Source: Octopus bimaculoides
Taxonomy: Eukaryota
Length of the DNA stretch: 64,000 nucleotides
Direction of reading: 5' to 3'
Assembly: GCF_001194135.2 (NCBI RefSeq)
Contig: NC_068994.1
Span: 43,816,144-43,880,143 of the forward strand
The translations under genes were made by a program, and so were the position numbers. Below are positions 51,297 to 63,999 of this stretch, piece by piece; within the stretch, counting starts at the first letter, position 1; each line of letters starts with the position of its first letter. Under the pieces are notes generated by a model. It ran no database searches. It was not told the DNA's origin and saw nothing but the letters and a program-made list of their open reading frames with translations.

Positions 51297-52548
51297 TGTA
51301 CAGGCTTAAAGCAGGTTTCTACCTTAATTTGAACCTAGGGTGTTTGTTTCCTATTAGGAAAGATTTCATGGTTGTGTGGTTAAGAACTGCGTTTTGCAAC
51401 CATATAGCTTCAGGTTCAGTCCCAAGGCATGTGCTTTCCACTTTAGCTTCAGGCTGACCAATATCTTCTGAGTGAATTTGGTTGATGGAAACTCAGCAGA
51501 AGCTTGGACTCTCATTGTGTGTGTGTTTGTGTGTATTTGTATGTGTGTATTTGTTTGTGTGTGTGTATGTTTATGTGTGTGTGTGCATGTGTGTGTATGT
51601 TTGTGTGCATTTGTATGTGTACATACATTTGTGTGTCTGCGTGCATGTGTCTCTGTACGTTTGTGTGTGTGTGTGTATGGTTTATGTATGTATATCTTTC
51701 TGCCTGTGTTTGTCATTCCATCCCAACAGTTTCACAACCACTGTTGTTCTTTTTACATAACCTTAACTTAGCGCTTCAGCAAATGAGAACTATTTGAAAA
51801 ATTACCAGAGCTAATCCCAGTTTCCAAGGTGTATAAATGACCAAGAGCACAAGAATTCTACCTGCTCGAGCCAAACACCAGTTCATCACAAGATGACCGC
51901 CCCCTCTGGTGGATACCCATTTTCAGTTGAGTGGACCAGAGCAACATGAAAGGAAATGTTTTATTTAAACCATTATCATTTAAACCAGCCACATCGGGCC
52001 AAAATATTCAGCCTGCTTTATGTCCAAACTGGCCAGATCTGGCCTCTCACACCTACCGTACAATGTCATTCTAAAAAATAAACAATCACATCGCCAAAAA
52101 TCTTGAAGCTACAAGATAATTTATAATTAATTCAAAACAATGTTGGTAAATAAGCATTACATTTGACAAAATAATCTGAATATCGGAAGTGTTTAGAACA
52201 TGATACACAGCAATGTTTGGGAATTGAAACCATGACTTCATGATTGGGAGTTCAACACCTTAATCACTAAACCATGCACTTTCATATAGAACAAACTTAA
52301 TGTATATCTTTCATCTTTTATTTTACCTTTTACTTGTTTCATTCATTAGACTGCGGCCATGCTGGGGCATTGCCTTGAAGAATTTCAGTTAAATGAATCG
52401 ACCCCCTGTATTTGTTATCTTTTTTGTAAAGTTTGGTACTTATTCTGTTGGTTCTTTTTAGCTGAATTGCTAAGTTACAGGGATGTAAACACACCAACAT
52501 CGGTAGTAAAGCAGTGGTGGAAGACCACCACACATATATACACACATA

Positions 52549-52782
52549 AGGTGGCGAGCTGGCAGAAACGTTAGCATGCCGGGCGAAATGCTTAGCGGTA
52601 TTTCGTCTGCCGCTACGTTCTGAGTTCAAATTCCACCGAGGTCGACTTTGCCTTTCATCCTTTCGAGGTCGATTAAATAAGTACCAGTTACGCACTGGGG
52701 GTAGATCTAATCGACTTAATTTGTTTGTCTGTCCTTGTTTGTCCCCTCTGTGTGTAGCCCCTTGTGGGTAATAAAGAAATAA
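52549..52782 (+). mobile_element. Full-length tRNA-derived SINE (family A; central domain resembles the Meta/MESC domain)
   Basis: GGCGAGCTGGCAGAAACGTTAGC..GAGTTCAAATTCC..GAGGTCGACTTTGCCTTTCATCCTTTCG.GGTCGAT..AAGTACCAG. More than 15 copies, e.g. 1-152, 1318-1530(-), 1545-1727(-), 1745-1955(-), 2860-3080(-), 13675-13900, 25405-25640, 28850-29060(-), 34720-34950, 37525-37740(-), 37900-38110, 58895-59075. Confidence 0.85.
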
Positions 52783-53327
52783 CACATATACACACATATT
52801 TTGTGTGTGTAGGTGGACACAAACTGTGTGGAAGATTTTGCGTGTGGTCATGCGTGTGTGTGTATTTGCGTGTGCATGTGTCTGTGTATGCATGTGTGTA
52901 TGTGTGTGTTTTTTTTTTTGTTTTACTTGTGTTTGTTCTGCCACCACTTGACAAGTGGTGGTGGCTTGTTTACAACCTCGTAACTTAGCAGTTTAGTGAA
53001 AAAGATTGATAGAATAAGTATCAGTCTTAAAAAGAAAAGAGAAAAGAGAAAAAGTACTGGGAGAGATTTCTTTGACTAAACCCTTCAAGGCAGTGCCACA
53101 TTATGGCTGCAGTCCAATGAGTGAAACAAGATAAAAGATAAAAGATAAAAGACGACATATTCTAGATGTCTCTGCATCAAGGACCACCAATGTAACATCA
53201 TTCTTTTTACATTCTTGTATCAAAAGTAAACATTCAAACATAAATAAAATGCATTCATTGAGATACAAAAACACAGTATGTTATCTGAAGTTTACATATC
53301 ACAGATTAATAATAGAAATGAATTTAC

Positions 53328-55709
53328 CTGAGAAGCAGAAAGTCTTTTCCCAGGTGATGTTAATGACGTCCATTCAACAGGTAGCTCCTGCTCTGGACAG
53401 AAATCCCTTCTGGATCTCATTGATGGTGTACTGTGATGCACCCCTTCTTCGGGGTTCTGTGTTATAGCAAAAGGATTGTTACTCTGAGATATCATTAAAC
53501 ATTTCTCTCGTCCTGGTTGCATGGCTGGATTCATTGCTGCTGTATGTAACATATTTCTCCTTCTGTTACATCTCACTATACATATCGTTATTATAACAAC
53601 TATAGCAATTGATATCACTACAGCTGTAACAACTATGATAATGACCAAGTTGATATCTATCATGTCACTAGATTGGATGTGAGCAGCTGTCAGCATTGGG
53701 GATGTTCTGTTGCTGACAGTTAGTGTTAAGGACAGTGTAGTGGTTGCTGACAGCACTGGGCTGCCACTGTCTTTCACAACTAACAGAAGGTTGTATGACC
53801 CGGCATCATTTTGGTAAACTGGCCGAGAGAAAGCTAACACTCCAGAATGGGGATTAATGGTAAATAATTGTTTATTATTGCCTGCCAAAATTAAAAATGT
53901 AAGGAAAGCATTTTCCCGACTGTCTCTATCTGAAGCTCTCAGAACTGTGATGTCATTTTTGCTTTGTGGGTGATAATGGACATCTAGGCTGAAAGGGTTA
54001 ACACTAGGAAATGTGAAGTATGGTGCATTATCATTCTCATCCATGACTTCAACAATAATGTTTGCTGTACTGTTCAGTGATGGTGTTCCGTTATCACTGA
54101 CAGCCACTTTAAATACATATGATTTAGATTGTTCTCTGTCCAGTGCCTTGGTCGTTGATAAGAAGCCATAGTTTGTAATTTGAAAAGGTACTGGATATTT
54201 ATTATCATTTATTACAGAAAACAAAAGCTGACCACCGTCACCCAAATCTGGATCTGTGGCATTGATGAACCCAACAGGGAAATTTGGTTCCTCATTCTCA
54301 TAAGTCAAAAACTTAAACGTATCTTTAGTGAAGTGAGGCTGTACATCATTGACATCTATCACTTGAATGGAAAACTTTCTCTCTGTCCATAATGGTGGTG
54401 ATCCTTTATCTTGGCAAGAAATTTTAATACTATAATGGTCTTGTTTTTCTCTGTCAACTTCTTTTTTAATTATTATTTTATATTCATTTGAACCTAGATT
54501 CAAAAGTTGAAATTTCTCACTATTTAAAGTACAGTGTACCTCACCATTCAAGCCAACATCTTTATCAATAACACTGACATAAGCAATGAAGCTGCCTACT
54601 TTCATTCCTTCCGATATTGCTGCAATATTCTTTTGTACTTCAGAGACAAAATTCACATCAATCTCAGGAGCATTGTTCTGTTGATTGATTAAGTTTACTA
54701 GAACAGTTGCAATGGAACTTAATGGAGGATTTCCTCCATCTTTTGCTTCCACAAATAGTTTATAATTCCTTAATTGCTCTGAGAAAAATCTCTGTAATAA
54801 AAATATCTCACCTGTTTTATCATTTAATTTGAAATTATGTTTTGCAATATCAGATGTCTTGGAACTAAAATGATATGTTATTTTACTATTTTCTTTTGAA
54901 TCTCTATCTTTGGCAGATAAAACCACAACTGGCATGGGCCTCTGGTGGGAATGTTTTATTGTAACATTGTACACTTCTTGAGTGAACACAGGGGCATTAT
55001 CATTAATATCTAGAACAGTTATATGAACATCTAAGACCCCTTGCAAAGGAGGGGAGCCTCCATCTTTTGCAATAACTTGAAGGTAATAGTCCGACACAGA
55101 TTCACGATCCAGTGTCTCACCTAAGACTATGTCTAGTTTAGATGTTCCATCTACTCTTTTGGAAACTGTCAATGAAAATGGTTCGTTTGATTTCTTTAAA
55201 GTATACACTATCTGAGAATTTAAAATACCTACATCTTTGTCAACAGCATTTGGTAAAGATTTCTTTGTACCTTTACCATTTGTTTCATCAAATTTGAGGT
55301 CAATTGCCTTTATAGGAAATCCAGGCTGATTGTCATTTACATCTTTTATCACGATTTTCACTTTTAAAACTTTGATAAAAGTTTGTGCATGACGGAGTGC
55401 AATTTTGATAATGTCAAAACATTCTGTGTTGTAAATACAAAGTGATTCTGCATCTATGGTCTGGATGGTGAATAATTTACCTGTTTTGGTAACATTGAAT
55501 AGTTGGGAACCTCTTGTTGGTCTCTGGGCAAGTTGGTTGAACGTAACAAGGTTTCGATATTTTAAAGATAAAATATTCCACAGTCTTGAGTCAGAAGCAA
55601 TATTTCCAATATAAGTGCCAATGTTCTTTTCCTCTTCAACATGGTAAACTAGATCCACGCATGTGGAACCATGAAGGAATACAAATACGATATATACACA
55701 TAGCCACAT
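53328..55709 (-). CDS. Pcdh: Protocadherin, large ectodomain exon (signal peptide, 6 EC repeats, TM, juxtamembrane tail); 794 codons up to the splice donor
   Basis: 805-aa ORF (53292-55709). Signal peptide MWLCVYIVFVFLHGSTC. Cadherin linker motifs DVNDNQP, DINDNAP, NQQNNAP, DVNDVQP, DENDNAP, with DRE and DGGxPPL motifs. TM LVIIIVVTAVVISIAIVVIITICIV followed by RCNRRR. Start context gaaaccATG. Upstream acceptor tttattttctttttcag|A (exon starts 55743). Donor CAG|GTAAAT at 53328|53327 in phase 0, so the ORF-track tail VNSFLLLICDM is probably intron read-through. Confidence 0.97.
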
Positions 55710-56403
55710 GGTTTCTATTATATTAAAAAAATAGCAAATATTTCTGAAAAAGAAAATAAAAATATTGCAGTTAGAAAGAATCTTATATAGATTTATATAA
55801 TTTATGGATTTTTAACATTAGCACAAGGCCACAAATTTGAAGGTATAGGTATAGTCAATTAAATCAGTCCTACCAGTTTGCTGATACTGTTTTCGGTAGT
55901 GTAGCAAATAGGGGAGAAGGCGAGTGACTGCTCTCCCCATAAATACATTTTTCAAAATTGGCACCTTTTATAAAATGTATAATCAATGAGTTCAAAATTG
56001 TTTGCTATGTGTCATGGTGCTTTTTCTTCTTATGTGCTCATTTCCCCTAGCTTTAGAACCTAGTTACGCTACTGAACGTATTTAGACTATAAGTTCAAAT
56101 TCTACTAAGGTCAACTATGACTTACTTTTTGTCCTTATAGAGGGGTTGGTAAAGTAAAATACCAGTTAAGTACTGCAATTGATTTCTATTCCTATAATAC
56201 ATCATCCTTGATGTGAATGGAATTATAGAAGAAGACCTCCTTAAAGACGAAAGGTCAAGTTAATTTTGCATATTTAGGCATGCTCATATATGCTTAAATG
56301 ATAAACTTCTGGAAAGTTTTACAGGTTTTTACAGTTCCAGTGATGTATGTATGTATGCATCCATGTATGTATACATGCATATTTGTATGTATGCGTGCAT
56401 GTT

Positions 56404-56496
<93 letters not shown>

Positions 56497-57544
56497 CTAG
56501 ACTACTAGTCTGACTTCTAGAGATCTTGAATTTACAGAAACCCAGGTATACACATATGGGCCAGTTTCCTGGTTTCCATGGCATATAAATTCCCCACCTG
56601 GATAGGACACTGGTCCATCGCAGAGTTACTCATTTTTGCCAGCTGTGTGGACTGGAGCAACATGAAATGAAATGAAATGTTTTGCTCAAGAAAACAATGC
56701 ATCGCCTGGTCCAGGAATCAAAACCACAATCTTACGATCATGAGTGCAACACCCAAACCTCTAAGCCACATGCTGCCACTAGTACTCCAGTATGGCCACA
56801 GTCCAATGACTAAAGCAAGTAAAAGAGTAAAAAAGAGTAAGTAATGCTAATGATACAATTCAACTGGTTAATGCTGCAATGTAAAGAATTAACCCTACAG
56901 AATTCATTTCCAGTTCATTGTTGTTTGGATTTTATAGAATACTGGAAAATATCAGTAAACTATGTTTCATTAATGATATCCTTATTAACAATAACCACAA
57001 TAACAACGTTGATAGTAGACAATATCTCTTGATATTTGAAAAGATACTTTAATAACACATCTAATCAGTTAGTATAACTGGTAAAAATTATTAGGAAGTA
57101 AACGAAAGGTAGTAACTTATAATTCTTGGATATCCATCATTAAAATAACAAAGAGAAAAATCTTTTGTTAAGCCTGACATTTCAGAAGAAAGATATGGTA
57201 ATTTTTAGAGGCATATATGAATTGTAGCCTGCCTTGTCATGATTTAGTTGGGGAAAAGAATAAATAAAAAAATAACAAAATTTAAATGAGTGAAAATAAA
57301 GGAAATGCCTTTAGGCTAAAACTTCTGCATAAAAATCAATCCATTATTCTTTGTGTAGAGGAAAAGAAAATATCTTTCAAGTGAAACGAATAAGAAATTA
57401 TTGAAAATATTCTCCATATTTCTATGTGAGATTTGCAAAATACTTGGAGTTACTAAACTACTGAAGTATTTGACAATGGTATAAGTGAACTTTATGCATA
57501 GAATTATTTTTTTTTATCAAAGACACAAAATTATGATGGTGATG

Positions 57545-57579
<35 letters not shown>

Positions 57580-57639
57580 CCGGAAATTAAGAGGAGGGGA
57601 CTAGTCAATTGCATCGAACCCCAATGTGAGGTCTTTATA

Positions 57640-57850
57640 TGACTTTTGATCCCTGCCAAATTTTCCAGCATTAAACTGCATATTTTTTACTTTAGTCTTC
57701 TTGTATATTGCTTTCAGGTCCCACTGAAAGCTTGCGACATCATCTGAATTCTTTATTGCTTGTGATAATTTTGAGTGACCATGGACATATCTAAGAAAGC
57801 TATTATAAACAGTACTGGCCCCCAAGACAGTTCCTTAGATGATGCAACTT
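57640..57850 (-). mobile_element. CR1/L2-group LINE reverse-transcriptase fragment
   Basis: GTVLG/PVLFII (PQGSVLGP motif with a frameshift) followed by SKLSQAIKNSDDVASFQWDLKAIYKKTKVKNMQFNAGKF (LQ.DL..+..W...N.M.FN..K pattern). Confidence 0.7.
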
Positions 57851-58324
57851 AGAATTTGTTTACTAAGAGGGACCACCATAGGTTGCAACTGTCTGACTTC
57901 TATCCTTTAGGAAGCCATGCAACCATTCTCCCAGTTTACTGGTGATGCCAAGGTCTCATAGCTTGTGACACATCAAAGTGTGTGTGTGTTTGTGTACATA
58001 CACACACATATGTATTGCAACAGGAACATTAGCTAATACAGAAGAATCAGAACAATATAGCAGATATTGTAAGACAGTTTATATTTATCTTCACACACAC
58101 ACACACACAGACACACGCACACACATGTCTGTATGTATTGTTATAAATATCTTTAAATATAGATGATTATACTTCCATAATTGCCAAGAGAATGACGTGA
58201 TGATTGATTACAAAGACAAGGCTTAAACGGATTAATTTACATCATTAATCTTACTCCAGCATTTCTTGATTAACCTTAATCTAAATGGAAGTGAATGAAG
58301 CAGCTTTATTCTTTCGTGATCTTT

Positions 58325-58770
58325 CACTCAGATACTCATTTCTCAAATTCCACCAATCAGGTGATCATATGGGAACAGACTGTGCCATTGGAGGAACACA
58401 AAGGGGAAGGCTCATGAGAGGAATCTTTCTGTATACCAGGAGTTGGTAGAGCAGTGCAGGGATCGTAGCTGGCAAACACATTGTGAGGTAACAGAAGTGG
58501 GCTGTCTAGGTTTTGTGGGATGTACATTCTGTAGGGCTCTGATAGGGCTTGGAAGTACTAGTGCAGCAAATAGGGAGGCTATAGATTCCATCACTGAAGC
58601 TGTAGAGAAGGCCACTAGGTGGCTTTGCATAAAGAGTGCTGACCAGTCGTTTGTCACAAATGGGAAGCAAGCTAGGACCTGTTCAACTGTGCAAGGGGTC
58701 GATGTTGAAAGACCTGCTACATAAGATCCCAGAAATATCACTGATGATGCATCCCAGAGCATATCCTTGA
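58325..58770 (+). mobile_element. HERO-like RLE non-LTR element, endonuclease C-terminus and 3' UTR
   Basis: QVIIWEQTVPLEE, frameshift, AHERNLSVYQELVEQCRDRSWQTHCEVTEVGCLGFVG..LG.T.AANREAIDSITEAVEKATRWLCIK: ELTVPWE/EVGCRGF-like motifs. Tail atcactgatgatgcatccc. Confidence 0.75.
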
Positions 58771-60202
58771 GACATATCCTAAGCAAAAGAAAATTCCAGG
58801 TATTTGCAACTGCTGGACATGCTGGAGCATTTCTACTTGATTTTCAATCTGTTATATCAACCTAACCCTATTTTGATACTCATTCTTTTAAACTCTTGCC
58901 GTATTTCGCCTGTCTTTACGTTCTGAATTCAAATTCCACCCAGGTCGATTTTGCCTTTCATCCTTCCGGGGTCGATAAATTATGTACCAGTTGCATACTG
59001 GGGTCGATCTAATCAATTGGCCCCCTCCTCAAAAATTTCAGACCTTATGCCTAGAGTAGAAAAGATTCTTTTAAACTCTATTCATAGAATTAATAAACTT
59101 CTTCATGATATTTTTTTAAAGAAGATACAATTTTTCTGCATTAGTAAATATAAACACACATGTAGACATGTAGATGCAAGGGTAGCTGTGTGGTAAGAAG
59201 CTTGCTTCCCAACTAAATGGTTCCTGGTTCAGTGCCACTCTATGGCACCTTGGGCAAACATCTACTATAATTTGGGCCAAATAAAGCCTTGTGAGTGAAT
59301 CTGTCGATCTGGTAGATGGAAACTGAAAGAAACCCATCGTATATATATGTATCTATGTATGTATGTATGTATGTATGTATGTATTTGTATGTTTGTGTCT
59401 GTGCTTGTCCCCTAACCATCACTTAACAACCGATGTTGGTGTGTTTGCGTCTCAGTAACTTAACAATCTGGCAAAAGAGACCAATAGAATAAGTACTAGG
59501 CTTACAAAGAATAAGTGCTGAGGTTAATTTCTTTGACTAAAAAAAAACCTTTTGAGGCAGTGCTCCAACATGGCCACAGTTAAACGACTGAAACATCTAA
59601 AAGAGTAAAAGAATAAAGAATACATACACACTCACATGCACAGACATACACACACATATACACCTACACACACATACACATATGCATGCATATTTCGTGG
59701 GCTTCTATACAGTTTCTACCAACTAATTTCTATATGTAATGTATCAACCAGCTTGAGACTCTAGTAGAAGTGACTTGCCTCAGGAAGTGTAGCACTGTGA
59801 TTTGAACCCTGAATCATGTGACAGCAGAGCAAGCTTCTTAATCACATGACTACACCTCATTATCTGTGACAGCTCCAAATTCCAAATTCCATTTTATGTT
59901 TCAGTAACATCTTAAAGGTTGTCCTGGTAAATGTCAAATTTTTCCGTCAAGTAAGGAATTTTTCCAAGATATAAAAGATTTCGCAAATTTCTCTATGTAT
60001 GTGTATTTAATAAAAACCACTTCTAATAACCATTCCTTTTCCTTTTTTTCTTTTTCATTCTTAAATTGCTTTACAGGTAAAACAAATTAAGAATAAGGAA
60101 TCTTTTATCATCGATAGTTATTATATTGTTAATAACAATAAATACAGTTATTCATCAATTTATTCTTAATGAAAGCTATAATGACATTTAGCAAAATGTT
60201 AC

Positions 60203-60351
60203 CTGAATGGATCCAATTATAAATTTTCTAAAAAATGTTCTGGAATATCTGGAATCTTCGCATGAAGATCTTTGTCTTACTTGATTGCACCAGTTTCATG
60301 CTCAGCAGTGAAATAATTGCCTCCTTTTAAAATCACTTTTCCATATTCGTG
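60203..60351 (-). other. Candidate non-coding 5' UTR exon of the protocadherin (149 nt)
   Basis: Strong acceptor ggtatttttattgtctatttcag|C at 60352|60351 and donor CAG|GTAACA at 60203|60202. Unique sequence upstream of the 55744 acceptor, which needs an upstream exon. Contains short upstream ORFs. Confidence 0.45.
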
Positions 60352-60607
60352 CTGAAATAGACAATAAAAATACCAAATCATGTATGGTACCATGGATATT
60401 GGCAACTCAATTTTATGCAATAATAATAGTGGTAATACAATCATGGGTATTTAACTTGACAAATGGAATGAAAATATGCATTTTCTCCTAAATATTAAGT
60501 GAATATTGTAAAAGTAGACCGACAAAGCTTTAATAGAAATGTAACTTCAGAAAATATTTCAAATGGAAAAGATCTGAATATCAACTTTATAGATATATGT
60601 GCGTGTG

Positions 60608-60641
<34 letters not shown>

Positions 60642-60667
60642 TATGTATATATATATATGTGTGTGTG

Positions 60668-60704
<37 letters not shown>

Positions 60705-60863
60705 CACACATATATATATACCTATATGTATGTGTGTATATATATATATAGGTTATGAGTGAAAGTGGTGTCAATTAGACCCAGAGGTGTCAGGTAATGC
60801 TGAGTAAGTGCTGTGAATAGACCATAGTTAAACTCCAGGTTCGGTGATTATGTGAATAAGGAG

Positions 60864-60902
<39 letters not shown>

Positions 60903-60947
60903 TATTATATATTTATATATGTATATGTATATATATATGTATGTATG

Positions 60948-60985
<38 letters not shown>

Positions 60986-61784
60986 NNNNNNNNNNNNNNN
61001 NNNNNNNNNNNNNNNNNNNNNNNNNNNNNNNNNNNNNNNNNNNNNNNNNNNNNNNNNNNNNNNNNNNNNNNNNNNNNNNNNNNNNNNNNNNNNNNNNNNN
61101 NNNNNNNNNNNNNNNNNNNNNNNNNNNNNNNNNNNNNNNNNNNNNNNNNNNNNNNNNNNNNNNNNNNNNNNNNNNNNNNNNNNNNNNNNNNNNNNNNNNN
61201 NNNNNNNNNNNNNNNNNNNNNNNNNNNNNNNNNTGGCCGTTTTCGTGCGGGTGACACGTAAAAGCACCCACTACACTCTCTGAGTGGTTGGCGTTAGGAA
61301 GGGCATCCAGCTGTAGAAACTCTGCCAAATCAGACTGGAGCCTGGTGTTGCCATCCGGTTTCACCAGTCCTCAGTCAAATCGTCCAACCCATGCTAGCAT
61401 GGAAAGCGGACGTTAAACGATGATGATGATGATGATGATGACTTAGGCCTAGAAACAAAATTAATTGCATATGCCATAGGAGTGGTATTAGAGAGAATCC
61501 TCCTTCAGGGCTGAGATGCAAGGGAGAAATAAAAAGGAAGACAGCTTCGCAATCAGTGCATGTCAAACTCTTCTGTTTTTCCCCTCTTTTTCCCTTTCGC
61601 CTCAACCCTGATGGTAAATTTTGTCCATCAGACATTGCATTCCTCCATTCCCACAGTATATATACTTTATATCTTCCTCTAACATTTTGTGGCAAATGCA
61701 ATTCTTGCTGATTCAGACAGCCACCTGTCTCTTTGGGTTCTATTTTATCTGATTTATATGGATAGGTGCATGTGTGCATGTTGT

Positions 61785-61829
<45 letters not shown>

Positions 61830-62279
61830 GATGGGTGTGTGTGTGTGTGTGGATGTGTGTATGTATGTGTGGGTGTGCATAGAAAGATAGATAGATAGAT
61901 ATGCTCATATATTTATATGCATACATGCATACATACTAGTATGTATACACACACACATGCACATACATACAGATATATGAGAGAGCGAGACAGGAATATG
62001 CATGTATATATGTATATGTATATGTATGTGAAAGTGAGTGTGAAAGCATATGTGTGTGTGCGTGTATTTTTGCGTGTTTTTGTGAGTGGATATATGTATA
62101 TGCATGTGTGTATATATATATATGTTATACATATATGTTTATTTATGTATGTATGTATGTATGTATGTATACATGTACATATGTAGGCATGCATATATTC
62201 TTTCAGTTTGTAGTTATCATGCACAAGAGAATCCTTAGAAATTTTACCATTTTCCATCAACACTGACATGGCATTGAAA

Positions 62280-62760
62280 GCATAGCCAGAGAATTGGAAC
62301 ATTTTATTTTATCAAAAGAATGAAACATTCACTTCCTGATTTCCTTTGCGAAGAATTTTTGTTGACATGAAAGTGGGTTGATCCTAGTGAAATGTTAGCA
62401 ATAACATTAGTTCAATAGAAATTACCCTAAGCACCGATCTGGCGGAACTGCACAATAAAAGCAAAAATTTGTTCACATTACTCATGCCTGAAACTGCAAT
62501 GGAACATCAAGTATAGCGATTCACTTGTAGTAACAACTGCTGCCGTTTCAGAGTAAAGTGAAAACAACAATTGATTGAGCTTTCATCCATGTTTTACAAT
62601 ATCGCGTTTATCTGGTTTTTCCAATTCTCTCTTATTGCCTGTGGTCGCATTGGTCAACGCTTTCCTGTCATTTCCATAGCATTTATTGACTTTCACTGGA
62701 CTAGAACAGTCAGTATCAATCAGTAAGTACAAGTATTTTAACATTGTGCCAGAGTTATGG
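62280..62760 (-). promoter_or_regulatory. Candidate promoter / first non-coding exon of the protocadherin
   Basis: Repeat-free island with locally raised CpG (about 9 in 62340-62670), a CCAAT on the minus strand (about 62650) and a donor-like TTAGG|GTAATT at 62426|62425. No transcript data. Confidence 0.3.
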
Positions 62761-63953
62761 CTGGAGGTAGTAGGTGAGAAGGGGGGAAGGTGGTTGTACT
62801 ATCTTTCTTTCACCTGAAACTTTAGCAGTCGCTTGTTTATTGTATAGAAGAAAATGTCAACGAGAAGATTACAACTACTATGACCACACACACATACGCA
62901 GACACACGCACACAAATACAAACACAGAGAAACACATATACACACACACAAACACATGCATGTAAACACGCACACACATATTGCTCCCCCTTTCTGGTTA
63001 CTCGATCTGCTAGAAAAGCCAAACAAGGTAGAAATGTGTATCTAACCATTTTCAACATTGTGCTGGACATTTTTCATTTGCTACTAATATATTTTAGTGT
63101 TTTTAAACAATATGCCTCCGTAAAGGATATTATACCTGGCTAATAACTGCAGTTGATTTGCCATTTCACAATGTATCTGCATTGAGTATGATACACAGAT
63201 GGCACTTTTATTCAAATACTTCATGCCATATTTTTGTAGAAAAACACAACCTTTATTTCAATTAATTTTGAAGAGTTTAATAAAATAATTTTGTCATAAT
63301 CAAACTAATGTTTGGAACATAAATTAACATGATGGATGGTTGTACAATTTTGTGGACTGATGGGTGCTGGTACCACATAAAAAGCACTCATACCGATGCC
63401 ATGTAAATGCTTCCATGCTGGTGCTGCATAAAAAGCACCTGGTATACTCTGTAAAGTGGTTGGCATTAGGACATCGAACCCTAGAAACCACACCGAAACA
63501 GACATGGAGCCTGGGCAGCTCTGCAGCAAGCTAGTTCCAGTTAAACCATTCAACACATGCCAGCATGGAAAATGGATGTTAAATGATGATGATGATGATG
63601 ATATATATAGTAAAACTTATAAAAAGAATACCGTGAACTTGCTGTGGGCAGTGAAAAATCTAACATATCAGGTACAGTCTTTCTTCAAGGAAAAATTGAC
63701 AGAAGAGATATTAAAACTTTTACGTCCCCTGCTGTACCTCTTTTAATTTTTCTCTTATTGACTTTTCCCTCGAGAAGGACTCCTGTCTGAAACATTATCT
63801 TTTCCACTCTTCATAGTAAGTTTCATTGATTTTACTAAATAATACAAGTCTTGAAAATTCAAACCAATACTAGTTTCTGTAGTGTCTGTTTGATCACATA
63901 CATACATATATATATATACATACATACACACATACATACATACATACACACAC

Positions 63954-63999
<46 letters not shown>

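Noticed and set aside
51895-51913. CTCF-like word TCCACCAGAGGGGGCGG on the minus strand
   Set aside because: Spacing is off from the consensus and it lies within a SINE-derived segment.
53292-53327. ORF-track C-terminus VNSFLLLICDM* as the true protein end
   Set aside because: It begins exactly at a consensus CAG|GTAAAT donor and a phase-compatible downstream exon exists; an unspliced minor form is not excluded.
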